Positions 29,800 through 40,700 of a DNA stretch of 64,000 bases are shown piece after piece. A model generated the notes under the pieces. The model searched no databases. It saw nothing but the letters and a program-made list of their open reading frames with translations, and was not told the DNA's origin. Position 1 is the stretch's first letter. Each line of letters starts with the position of its first letter. The position numbers and the translations under genes were made by a program. This stretch comes from a virus. Taxonomy: Duplodnaviria; Caudoviricetes. Where the stretch lies: IMG/VR virus record IMGVR_UViG_3300032270_001157, positions 22,429 to 86,428 of that record; one strand, given 5' to 3'.

Positions 29800-30744
29800 T
29801 TACCAACTACTATGAGCAGAACGTCTCCAGAGATTGTTTGCTATACAAATATATAAGTATGATGAATCCCATACTATATCTCCTGGATTTCCAGAAGAGG
29901 ATGAGGACGCTATCATTCTATATGGTATATTAGTAGTGGATCTAGAAAAATCTATAATATCAGATAAATAATGTTGGTGTCCACTAATAGCATAATTACC
30001 AACAGGCTGTGGAATGTAATTTAAAGCCCCGCTAATATCTGTAAAAGATAAATTCACAACACCAGATCTAGAATTAAATGATGTAACACCACTGTTTCCT
30101 AAGGAATCAATAGTGATAGTATTAGAGCCATTATCGTAGTAAATATTAGTATATCCACTACCAACAATATTTAATCTATCTACGGTAGAATAATTTATAA
30201 CAGACGATGAGCCGTTACCAATTGTAAGATTGTGTGTATGTCCGCTAGCAGCATATAGTCCTGTTGGTTGTTTATTATCTAGAGCTAGTTGCAAGCCGCT
30301 CACTTGGTCAATAGAATGAGTATGATTAACCAGACTATAATTACCAGAAATCTGTGGAACATATCCTAATCTATTAATAATATTGGGGGCAGTTAAGAAG
30401 CCAGAACCAGAGCGACTCTCAATAATTAATCCCTTTGAGGCACTATTGTAAGAAATAGTTGTATCCCCGGAACCCAAAACATTTAAATATTCTCCACTGG
30501 ATAAATTTACAGCAATTCTCGGATCAGCACCATCTGCTATAGATAAATAAATTTGCGGAAAATTAATTGTTACTGGTGGATTATCAATGTAGGATAGTCC
30601 AGACCATCTAGTGACTCCATCTCCAACCTTTATATATCTGGTCTCTGTTTCATATCCGGGTTCTCCTAGTCCTAGAATTGGATTAGCAGACATCCATTCT
30701 CCACTCGGCGCTCTTCTTAATCTTATTCTACGAAAATCGCTCAT
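29800..30744 (-). CDS. Fibre protein with N-terminal Mtd-N (major tropism determinant N-terminal-like) domain and phage tail repeats, ~314 aa
   Basis: IRLRRAPSGEWMSANPILGLGEPGYETETRYIKVGDGVTRWSGL is the Mtd-N signature. HTHSIDQVSGLQLALD is a phage-tail-repeat-like motif. ATG overlaps the upstream TGA (ATGA). Confidence 0.75.
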   Translation of the reverse strand: MSDFRRIRLRRAPSGEWMSANPILGLGEPGYETETRYIKVGDGVTRWSGLSYIDNPPVTINFPQIYLSIADGADPRIAVNLSSGEYLNVLGSGDTTISYNSASKGLIIESRSGSGFLTAPNIINRLGYVPQISGNYSLVNHTHSIDQVSGLQLALDNKQPTGLYAASGHTHNLTIGNGSSSVINYSTVDRLNIVGSGYTNIYYDNGSNTITIDSLGNSGVTSFNSRSGVVNLSFTDISGALNYIPQPVGNYAISGHQHYLSDIIDFSRSTTNIPYRMIASSSSSGNPGDIVWDSSYLYICIANNLWRRSAHSSW

Positions 30745-33200
30745 AGTTTTTTGACTCCAAAAATTATTCCTGAAACTTCTGAAACTAACCAATTTTGTTG
30801 TGTTACTGGATTTTTATTCATGTAATATTGATAGGTTTTATAAGTGGTTTTATTTACAGAATGTTCTGGGCCTATTTCTACATAGTCATCTATTTTAGTT
30901 TTAAAAGGCTCGGTCGATGGAGTAAAGCTATCAGTATAACGAGCTACTCCGGAGGTTATTCTAAATTCATCAATATATCCTCCTTTACCAATAGCAGCTA
31001 AGTTTGCAACAACCTGATTATATCCATCACTAAAAAATTCAGAATAAATATTAGAAGAATTATTAAGATTCGGTGAGTATGTGGTACTGAATGTGCCTGT
31101 TGTTTCAAGAGTACTTACGAAATTAGACATATTTCCACTATTAGCTAAATAGTAAGAATTACCTGGTTCCCCATTCAGATAACAAATAATCTTATTAGCA
31201 CTATTCCTTGTAATAGCAACATGATGCCAAGTTCCTGTAGTTGCTGTGCTTGGAAAGAATAATTGTCTCTTTACCATAGCCTCTGGTGAGCTTATATTCT
31301 GAAGTGGGACACCACCATCGTCACCAACATATCCAAAAGTAGATAGGTATTGTATACCACTAATATTAGCAGCAAACGAGTAGGTTCTAAAGGAATAAAG
31401 AGGAGTATTGTGTAGTGGGATTTTGTCAAATAATGAAATATTGGTTGTATTATTAGGAAAATATATCCAAGATTCTATTGTAAAAGGAGAAGTAGATAGG
31501 TCTGGATAGTTATTTAGATATAAATAAGAACTTTGATTTCCAAAACTAATACTTCTAGTTCCTATTTTACTGGGAGTAGTAGTAGATGTTACATTACCCG
31601 TATAACTAATTGGTCTTAAATATGTAGAACTATCCACAATGGGACTAGATTCTCCACGCAATAATAATGTTACATTAGCTTCATAAATGTCACTAGTCCC
31701 AGAGTACATTACATTAATGAATTTGGTATCCAGATATTTTTTTCTAGCGCTATTATAAATTTTCATACCACCAATAGTATCATTCAAGTTTCCTCTCCAT
31801 GCTGAATTCGAGTCAAAACGATTGAAAGTGTTATATTGTAAATAGTTAGGTTGGCTCATTTTAATTGCGTCTATATTTCCACTAGCAATAGTTTCTATAC
31901 TATTTCCATCTGCGTCTGGTATTAATAATGCTCTTCTATGACTACTAAAGTCTGTAAAAGAAGATGAATTATCATTAGATATTATTCTTGGGGCTCCAAG
32001 AGACCATTTTAATAATCCATCGGAACATGTTCCATTATCTACTAAGTTACCTCCACAACCAGGAAATATAGACATAACTTTTGCAGAACTACCTAGCCAG
32101 AAGGAGGGTGGAGGATCGGTATTATCTATTAAAATTAAATCATCTAGCAGCCATGTTCTACCTTGCATATAATACCAAGAATCTTTCCAGCCTCCCTGTC
32201 CTGGGTCTGATTCTGTTATGCCATTCATTACAGAACTAGAATATGTACGATTATAAAAACGTAAATTATTAAAATTAAATCCACTTATAGGTAAACTTAA
32301 ATCCCATGATGATTTGAGTATGTTAGAATCTGGATTAACAACTGGTAAATTAATATCTTCAAGATTGATATATAAAAGAGGGGGACTAGAAGACTGGTCT
32401 ACAGAAAATTCTAAATGGGCCCATCGACTAATCATAGCGCTAAAACCAGGACCAGAGTTGGTGTCTGTTATAGTTAATATTTTATTATTGGTAGTATTAA
32501 AAACAGAACTAATTTGATAACGATTAATTAAGCCAGAAATATTTAGATCGAAGTAACCTAGAGTTTGATTATTTTGTTGTATTTCTAAAGCTAGAGTAGT
32601 TTTTACATTATTAATAGGTGTTAAATTATTTCCAGTAATTTTTACAACATTAACTGTTAAAGCAGGTAAGTCTCCACTATTATAGCTAAATAAAGTATGT
32701 CTGTATGGATATGTAGAATAATCACTATTCTTAGATTCTAATCCCAGACATCTCATAGATAAGTAAGAAATATTTCCTGACGGAAGAGGAAATCCACTAG
32801 CTTGTAAATATGTTGGGGTTTCTAAATTATTACTATTTTCTATATCTATATTTGTAAAAGCTAAAAAACCAAGAGGACTTCCAAAACCAGGATAACTATT
32901 TTTAGTAAAAAAATATGTATAATAATATGAAAAATATGCTCTATCATCCACATATCTGCCGCTAGGTACTAATCCATTAATTCCTTCTGGAGTACTATAG
33001 TTATAAACAAAAGAAAGTTTAACAGGATCGGAATCGTTCCCGACATAGAAGGCTGGATCGGCTCTATTATCTAATGAGATAGGAGTATAACCGCCAAAAG
33101 CATATTTAGGAAAAGCTTTATATTGAGTAGACCAGTATGTGGAATCTAGCTCATTTAGAACTACTCCTTTATCAAAACCTTCAAAAAATAAAGTAGACAT
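30741..33200 (-). CDS. Virion structural protein with an inserted LamG/ConA-like domain, 819 aa
   Basis: N-terminus MSTLFFEGFD, C-terminus NKNPVTQQNW..FGVKKL, and a LamG block FTIESWIY..WHHVAITR..YIDEFRITSGVARY at 30903-31691. Confidence 0.7.
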   Translation of the reverse strand: MSTLFFEGFDKGVVLNELDSTYWSTQYKAFPKYAFGGYTPISLDNRADPAFYVGNDSDPVKLSFVYNYSTPEGINGLVPSGRYVDDRAYFSYYYTYFFTKNSYPGFGSPLGFLAFTNIDIENSNNLETPTYLQASGFPLPSGNISYLSMRCLGLESKNSDYSTYPYRHTLFSYNSGDLPALTVNVVKITGNNLTPINNVKTTLALEIQQNNQTLGYFDLNISGLINRYQISSVFNTTNNKILTITDTNSGPGFSAMISRWAHLEFSVDQSSSPPLLYINLEDINLPVVNPDSNILKSSWDLSLPISGFNFNNLRFYNRTYSSSVMNGITESDPGQGGWKDSWYYMQGRTWLLDDLILIDNTDPPPSFWLGSSAKVMSIFPGCGGNLVDNGTCSDGLLKWSLGAPRIISNDNSSSFTDFSSHRRALLIPDADGNSIETIASGNIDAIKMSQPNYLQYNTFNRFDSNSAWRGNLNDTIGGMKIYNSARKKYLDTKFINVMYSGTSDIYEANVTLLLRGESSPIVDSSTYLRPISYTGNVTSTTTPSKIGTRSISFGNQSSYLYLNNYPDLSTSPFTIESWIYFPNNTTNISLFDKIPLHNTPLYSFRTYSFAANISGIQYLSTFGYVGDDGGVPLQNISSPEAMVKRQLFFPSTATTGTWHHVAITRNSANKIICYLNGEPGNSYYLANSGNMSNFVSTLETTGTFSTTYSPNLNNSSNIYSEFFSDGYNQVVANLAAIGKGGYIDEFRITSGVARYTDSFTPSTEPFKTKIDDYVEIGPEHSVNKTTYKTYQYYMNKNPVTQQNWLVSEVSGIIFGVKKL

Positions 33201-33255
33201 TATATCTCCTAGAGCAGATTATATGGTAAAAAATATGGCTAATAGTCCTATGCTT

Positions 33256-33265
33256 TTAATACACC
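33256..33265 (-). promoter_or_regulatory. GGTGTATTAA motif upstream of the 819-aa gene
   Basis: Identical 10-mer in the 68-nt intergenic gap. Confidence 0.6.
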
Positions 33266-33268
33266 GGT

Positions 33269-33577
33269 TTAAATTATTGAAATCTGTAAGTCGCAAGAAG
33301 GAGAATTAAATGATAAAACATCAATTGAAAGGTATGATAATAGAGCAGGATTGGTGGGCCGTTGGTAGTTTAAGATATCATGAGATAAATAAGACATTAG
33401 TAATATTTTAGATTTTGCTGTATAGGTTAATATATCGTGCGATAAATATGATATTGATGCTGTTTGTGTTGGGAGTCTAAAGGTAAAGCAATCATTAGAT
33501 AAATATGAGCAATATAACCTATAAATTTCTCTGTCTTGATATGATAGAGGATATCCAAAAAATGGAGGTAAAATCAT
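33269..33577 (-). CDS. Small hypothetical protein with four SYLSxDxL repeats, 102 aa
   Basis: Fills the gap between fibre genes, has GGA upstream, and shows internal periodic repeats. Confidence 0.6.
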   Translation of the reverse strand: MILPPFFGYPLSYQDREIYRLYCSYLSNDCFTFRLPTQTASISYLSHDILTYTAKSKILLMSYLSHDILNYQRPTNPALLSYLSIDVLSFNSPSCDLQISII

Positions 33578-33588
33578 TAAATTTTTCC

Positions 33589-34743
33589 TTATTCTGGTCC
33601 GCCATTTGCATCTGTGGTGTCTCCAGATAATATCATAATATTTTCTCCAACCTTCACCAATGTAGCAACAGAGAATTGTCCAACTAATTTAGAGTGGCCT
33701 AGTCTATTTGCTAATCCAGCACTGGTAAATCTTACTTGTCCGGAACCAAGTTGGGAAACCAAGCAATTAAATCCTAAAGATAAATTATTATTGAATTGAA
33801 CATTAATTGAGCGAACGTTATTGGTAAAAGTTAAAACTTTTCCATTATCTGCTTGAGATATTGTGTAACCAGAACCAGATATACTTTGTAGAGAGGCTGA
33901 GAATCTTGTTAGTTGTCCATCTCCTAAAGATTGTGTTCCAGTAAAACTATTTCCCCCACTTAGTTTAGCAAAAAGACCAGACGATAGTGTGGCTATATCT
34001 CCCAATCCCAAGGTGTCTCTTTGAGCAGAGGCTGACGCATCGTTGATTAATATCTTTCCGGCATCTGTTATAGATATTGTTCCATATTTATCAACTCCGG
34101 TTCCACAAATCAGCTTATTTTGAGTCATAGACAAATTACTAAGCTCATTCAGTCTATTACTATAGGCTTGTACATTTGTTCCAATAGTTAATCCTGTAAC
34201 TGATATAGTTAAAGCATTAAGGTCTTGATCTGCATAACTTAGTTGAAGATAATTACCCGGCTGTAGTAAATTCGCTACTCTATCATCTACCGATTCATTA
34301 AAATTATCAATATCGCTGGGATTGTGATGATGTCCTATTGGAGAATATTGTGAACTCAAACTATCAGATGAAATATTGATAGTTTTAGTATTGGGAACAA
34401 ATGAAACAACAGTGCCTCCAGCTCCAACAATATTCAAAGTATCATTTTCTTGAATAGTAATATTACCAACATTTAATTTGGTTAATCCGGTCCCCGGTGG
34501 ACCCTGCAAGCCTGATGGTCCGATTGGGCCGCTTGGTCCTGCTGGACCAACTTCTCCACGCAAACCGCTTGGACCTGTTAATCCAGTTAAACCTCTCTCA
34601 ACATAAACAACACCAACAGTATTATCAAAACCATCTACTATATTAAGGTTTGTAGTAATAACACCGGTACTATCAGAACCATCTATGGATTGATTAATAA
34701 CTAAAATTTTAGGAGATGATGGTGTGATATTAACAGTAGCCAT
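33589..34743 (-). CDS. Collagen-repeat fibre protein, 384 aa
   Basis: Twelve Gly-X-Y triplets (GLTGLTGPSGLRGEVGPAGPSGPIGPSGLQGPPGTG), tail repeat HHHNPSDIDNFNESVDDRV, ASAQRDTLGLG, and a C-terminal fibre-tip motif (YTISQADNGKVL..LGFNCLVSQLGSGQV). Confidence 0.75.
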   Translation of the reverse strand: MATVNITPSSPKILVINQSIDGSDSTGVITTNLNIVDGFDNTVGVVYVERGLTGLTGPSGLRGEVGPAGPSGPIGPSGLQGPPGTGLTKLNVGNITIQENDTLNIVGAGGTVVSFVPNTKTINISSDSLSSQYSPIGHHHNPSDIDNFNESVDDRVANLLQPGNYLQLSYADQDLNALTISVTGLTIGTNVQAYSNRLNELSNLSMTQNKLICGTGVDKYGTISITDAGKILINDASASAQRDTLGLGDIATLSSGLFAKLSGGNSFTGTQSLGDGQLTRFSASLQSISGSGYTISQADNGKVLTFTNNVRSINVQFNNNLSLGFNCLVSQLGSGQVRFTSAGLANRLGHSKLVGQFSVATLVKVGENIMILSGDTTDANGGPE

Positions 34744-34759
34744 AATTTAATTTTTATCC

Positions 34760-37700
34760 TTATGGTTGATTTAAAGTTACTGTTGTGGTAGACAAGCCAG
34801 TATCATCGTAAGCTTTAATAGTAAAGCTAGTTGCATTTCTCCAATCATATCCTACAGAATTATTACTAGATAAACTAATTGTTAATCTATCGGTAACACT
34901 ATTGTAAGAGTCATTCATATTTTGAACATTTAAAGTTCTAGTAAAATTACACATACTGTTATTAATTAATATCTCTGGAATATTTTTATCAATAGGTCTA
35001 ACTCCACCATCTATTTCAAAACTAAGGCTCCATGAACCATTATTATTCGTAATACCAGAAGAAATCACAGACGGAGGTAGAATAATTTGTATAGGCTTAT
35101 TGATAAATAGTGGGTATTCTGTTACGTATTTTTTAGGCACTAAAGTAGTTCCAGAAAAAGCTGGGAGACCAGTATTCTCTAAGGAAATCATCTTATAAGT
35201 ATAGTCTTTATATAGTCCTGTGGGAGTTCCGCTCAATCCAAATCTCCATTCTCCATCTTTAATTTGAGTAATGTTATTGATATTAATTTGATCATAATAA
35301 TTTTTTCTAAGATCATAAAAGCCAGATATACTCAACCCACTAGAGAATGGATAATTAGTAGGACCACTGAAAGAAGCTACCAGAGTTCTGTTGTCTCCAG
35401 AAACTATTGATAGCCTATAGTTAAAAGGTAAAAGATTGTTGTTCTCGGTAGAGACAGAAGAACTATCCAATATGTCTATGTAGTTTCCAGTAACATAAGA
35501 TAGATTATTATGTTTAATTGTTATTAAACTATTATCGATAGATTGTATGAAGCATTTATCTTGTGCGGTTACTGAGCCAGAGATTGCTAATCCATTTCTT
35601 TGGAAAGGTAGACTGATATTAGTAGAATAATTACTTTCTAAAATTATACCTGTGGTAAAAGACAGATCTCCACTGAAAGTTAAAGTAATAGAATCATTAG
35701 GATTAAATCCTGTTGGTAAAACAATATTAAGATTTTGCCCATTAACTCCACCAAGGAAACCAGAATGTAGGTATGTGCCAACCAAGATTTTTTTATTGAG
35801 TTTTTCTTGTATCATGCCAGTAAACGATGGGAGATAGTCTATTAAACTCCAAACGCTGTTATCTTGTAATTGATAAAATGGAATTTTTTGACTACCACCA
35901 CTAAATGGAATATATCCACCAATTGCTCTAATAGAGTATCCTGATATGGGCTGTCCACTCATGCAACTAATGCTATTTTTGATACCAGTAATGATAACTG
36001 GGGGGAAGCTCGATTGGATTGGATTATCATCTCTATTTCCTCCCTTATGAATCCAAAAATATTCATTTTCCGCATAGGGTAGAGCGTTATATTTGTAAGT
36101 TGGAAATGTGTCGGATGGCTTATCGATGAACAAAGATAAAACAGCACCAGAATTAAAAATATAATTGAATTGAATTGGTGTGCCGCCAGCAGCACCAGCA
36201 GGAGAGGTGGATGCAGAACCACTATTGATAGGGATGCCTGAAGCGCAATGTTTAATCAGATAATTAATAGATACTGGTCTAAAGTTTTCAGCTAGTACTT
36301 TTTCATATTCAGAATTACCATAAGCACATTTACTTAAGAGAGAATATGCCTGATTATTATATGAGAATGGAACACTGTCTCCTCCTTGTGCTGGTGGAGG
36401 AGCGAATAATTCTACAGATGGCTTTGGAACACTAATTCCACTGATTCTAATATATCCTGTTTCCCAGCAATTAGAAGTTTTGATAGTATAAACAGTTGGG
36501 TCAGCACTATATTCTGGAATAGGAGTTACATTTAATCCTGAGAATGAAATGTCATTATTATTAAAGCTACCAGATAACGGTATAGCAGCGATAAACGATG
36601 GCTTCATTCTGCCAAATAAACCATAAGATGGTGGTCCGCCAACACTGGGCTTAAGCTTGAAAGTACCACAACCCATAATACCAACAGTTGTATTTGAGTC
36701 TAGTGTACCATTAAACTTTTGCATATTAGTTGTATCATATAGCCTAAATGTGGATTTAACCAATCTACCAGTACCAGTGGTAAATGTATGTCCTGGTACT
36801 ACTATATAGCCAGAATTACCTATGGTTTGTGCTCTATATCCTCTATTAAATTGGTGAGAAGGATTATTATCAAACTCAAAATAAGTATCAGAAGAATTAT
36901 TCGAGCCGATGTCTATTCTTGTGTTAGAGATATATACTTTAGTATCACCTGCTTCGTAGTTTCCACCGCTATAGCTAAAAGTAGAAGTTTGGCAATTAGA
37001 GTGTGGTAGAATACTGGTGCATAATAATGAAACTGGGTCTGATGGTGGCCAATATGTATTAAAAGATAAATCAGATAGAGCCATAGTTCCTGATGGTTGT
37101 TCTACATTATTTATCTTTAATGCTCTTGGAGTATAAGCAGGTTTGTTATTTTCAAAATAAACAGTAACATTGATTGGAGATGCAGGATTTGCAGTAGAAG
37201 TATCTGTGAAAGTAAACTGTTTATTTGCAGACTTATTTCTGGCGTCAAACACAGTTAAAGTTAATTTTTCATTATACAAACCACCACTAGCAAAAGTTGA
37301 TGGAACACCGTATATTCTTAAAGTGCCGCTAGATATATTATTCCATGGGGCAGAGGGCGCTCCTCCTGGGAAGGTGATACTATAATTTAGACCGGGAGGC
37401 AATGATCCACTAACTATCCACCCAGTAATACCTGTGGGGATTGGACAGCTTCCTCTATTTCTGATACCAAACCTATAAGACCTATCAATAGAAACATCTC
37501 CGCAAAGAGGATATAATTCAATAGGATTCTGAGCCTGCTGAGATGGAGCCTCTATAATTTGTGGCGATGGATGTGTTATGCCAGCAGCATCTAAAGAAGT
37601 ATATAGTATAGAAGAAAAAACTGTATCAGAATCTAAGTACCGATTTTGGTTTGTGTCTGTGTCTATTGCGGTAATACTAAAAGGCTTTAAGCCACTAATA

Positions 37701-40700
37701 TTACATAAAGGCATACCGTTGAAAACGAAATCCCATTTTTTATTAGTATTATCCCAAGCTCTACTAGTGAAACAGGAGTTTTGTAACTCTATAGTAGCTT
37801 TAGGGTCATATCCACTACAGGGAGAGGGTAATCCAGAAAATAGTATTGTTGGAGGATAATTTGGATTAGCTAAACCTCCGCTAGTACTAAATTCAACATT
37901 CCATGCAGAACCTTCTGTTGCAATATAGTATGGTTCATCAATATTAATAATTTTTAAACGATCAGAAGTTGAAGATAGGGATGCGATAGTATTACTATCT
38001 AATTCTATTAAATTTAATTTAGCTATACCATATAATTTATCTGTTGAAATACCTTTACAGCTTAAAACCATAGAAGATGTTGTTGAGTCTGCAAGAGGAG
38101 AATTAATATTAGTAATAGCTAAATTGACATCCCATCTATCGTATATAGGACTACCAGAATAGGCATATTCCCATAATCCTAAATTAGCATCATACTTATA
38201 ATGTGATCTAGTAAGCGTAACCGTTGTTTCTTTTAATGCATCTGGGATCTTTATTATAGGAGGATCATTTGGGTTGGGACTAGACGCCTTAATATCTATA
38301 GTTGAAAAATATGGTTTATTAGGTGTAGTATAAATCAAATTTTTAATATTGTCTACATAAGGAGATCTGGTAAATAAAACGTTAACAGTATTATAGCTGG
38401 TAGAATAATCATCCTCGACATAAATCTTAATAAGATATTCACCTGTCGTTTTGCGATATTTGCCAAAAGAATCTTTTTTAGCAAAGGCAACAAAGTTCCA
38501 TCTATTATCTGTCTCGTGTGAGGATATTAATAAATATTCCAAGGGCTGTCCGCTGTACGATCCTATTGTTGGCAAATTAGAAAGTCTAACTCTAGGAGGT
38601 AAATCAGAACGATAAGCCCCTATTCCGTGATCCACCTTAAATTGAATGGCCCATGGTTCTTCTATATCAAAAGTTAATGGTTCTATTAGTTGTGTTTTAT
38701 TAATCTCTAGATTTTTGTATAGAATTAGATTTATATTTTTAGTATAGTTATATCTTACCCAAGTAACCTCATCATTTGCTCCGTAGACTGGTTGAGAAAT
38801 AGCAATATTGATACTTTGGCCTTGATAATAACCAGCTGAACCATTTACTGTGGCCGTAACCCGATATCTTTTAGCACTAGTACTGTATTCTGTGGTTGGT
38901 GTTATAGTATATCCTGTATTTTGTCCAAACGTTACTACTAAATTAGTATTACTTACATTAGTGTCTGATGGAATATAAAAAACAAAAGACTGTGTATTAT
39001 TTGTGGTAATATTTAAGTATATACTATCGTCTAAATTTTGTGGCTGGATAGAGTACGTGGGAGCAGGAGCGTTGAGAGGAAGGATATTAATGGTTCCGGT
39101 TTGTGAGGAAAGTATCTCACCACTTACAAAATCTCTAATAGTAAGAACAGGATTAAAAACTCCTGTAGTGGAACCTGCTGAACCAATTAAAATTTTACTA
39201 TTAGAAGTAGGAGATAATCCATCATCAGAAATAGAGTATGTACTGCCAGGATAGTTGGTAGCAGTGATAGTGATTGGTGTGCTAGGAAGATCTTTAATGT
39301 CGTATGGAATTACCCACTGCTCTACGCTGTTCTGATAGCTATAAACACTAACTGGAGATTTGATTACTGGAATAATTTTAGAAGTTAAGAATATCTTTGT
39401 GGATACTGATCCACTTTCGTCTGTGGCTGTAAGTGTGATCTCTTTATTGGTTACTAATTGAGTAAGATTTTCTATAATCGCTACAATAGACCATTTTTTA
39501 GTAGTAGTATCATAACTAATATTAGTAGTGTCTATATTATATGTTCCTACTCCGTAAATATTAATTCTTGGAGCGGTGAGTGTAAGATTGTTATTCCATT
39601 TACCTGCTCCGTCAGCGATGGTAAATCTCAAATAAACAACTGACTTATTAGAAGGAAGCAATAAGGTGTCATTACTATCAATACTATCATAGGATATGCC
39701 ACTATCTAAAGAATACTCTATTTGAGAAATTTTAATAATTTCTGGAGACAAAGATATTAGTTGAGCCTGACTGGATTCATTGAATATAGCATTATATCCC
39801 CCAAATGTATTTATCTCTTTATTAAAATGTACTAAATGTTTCCATCTCTTAGATCCTGTATTATATGAATTAATATAGGAATCTACGACCCCGTTAGCTC
39901 CTAAAGAGACTCTGCCACTAGAAACTACAAAAGAATTATCTAAATTTGGAAGTCTATTGGATTTTATATTAAAATCACTATCTACCAAATAAACCAAACC
40001 ACTCCTATTGAAATAGTTTTCATTATATGGAATATTAATAGTAATTATTGATGGATTTAATTTATCTACAACATAATATAAACCATTAATTTCTGGACAA
40101 TCATCTGAAAAATCAAAATATAATTTCTTATTAACTCCCCAAGGTCTGACATATCCAGATATGTTGTTGTTTTGCAATAGATTTGGCTGAGAGCCGAAAC
40201 TGGATCTGTCTGTAGTATCTGAAACATTATTAAAAATAGTATTAGTAAAGCCCGTAATTCTGACACATAAAGAACCTGAAGAGCAGCCAATATTATTAGT
40301 GCCTATAGAATATACTCCAGTAACCGGAGCAGGAACGACAACTCCAGAAGGATCCATAGGCCACGAAGCAGTAGTTCCTCCGTATGTGTGGTAGTAAATA
40401 TTATTACTAAAAGGAATATTACAATATCCAGAGACAGAACCCACAAAAGAAAGAGTACCTGTGGTAGATAAATATTCTGTTAAACTATGACCTAAAGGAT
40501 TAGTGAAACCAATTTTCTTGTTAAATGTCGAATTATTTAATATCACACTATCATTACCATTAATAATTACTCCAGTAAAAGCTGTATTTCTAGCATTTGA
40601 GTCAGTAACCCTGAGACTTCTGCTCACTCCAGAACTAAAACTAGAATTATTATTGTAATGTAAAACAGTTAGTTGATCTCCGACATTTAAATAGCTTCTT

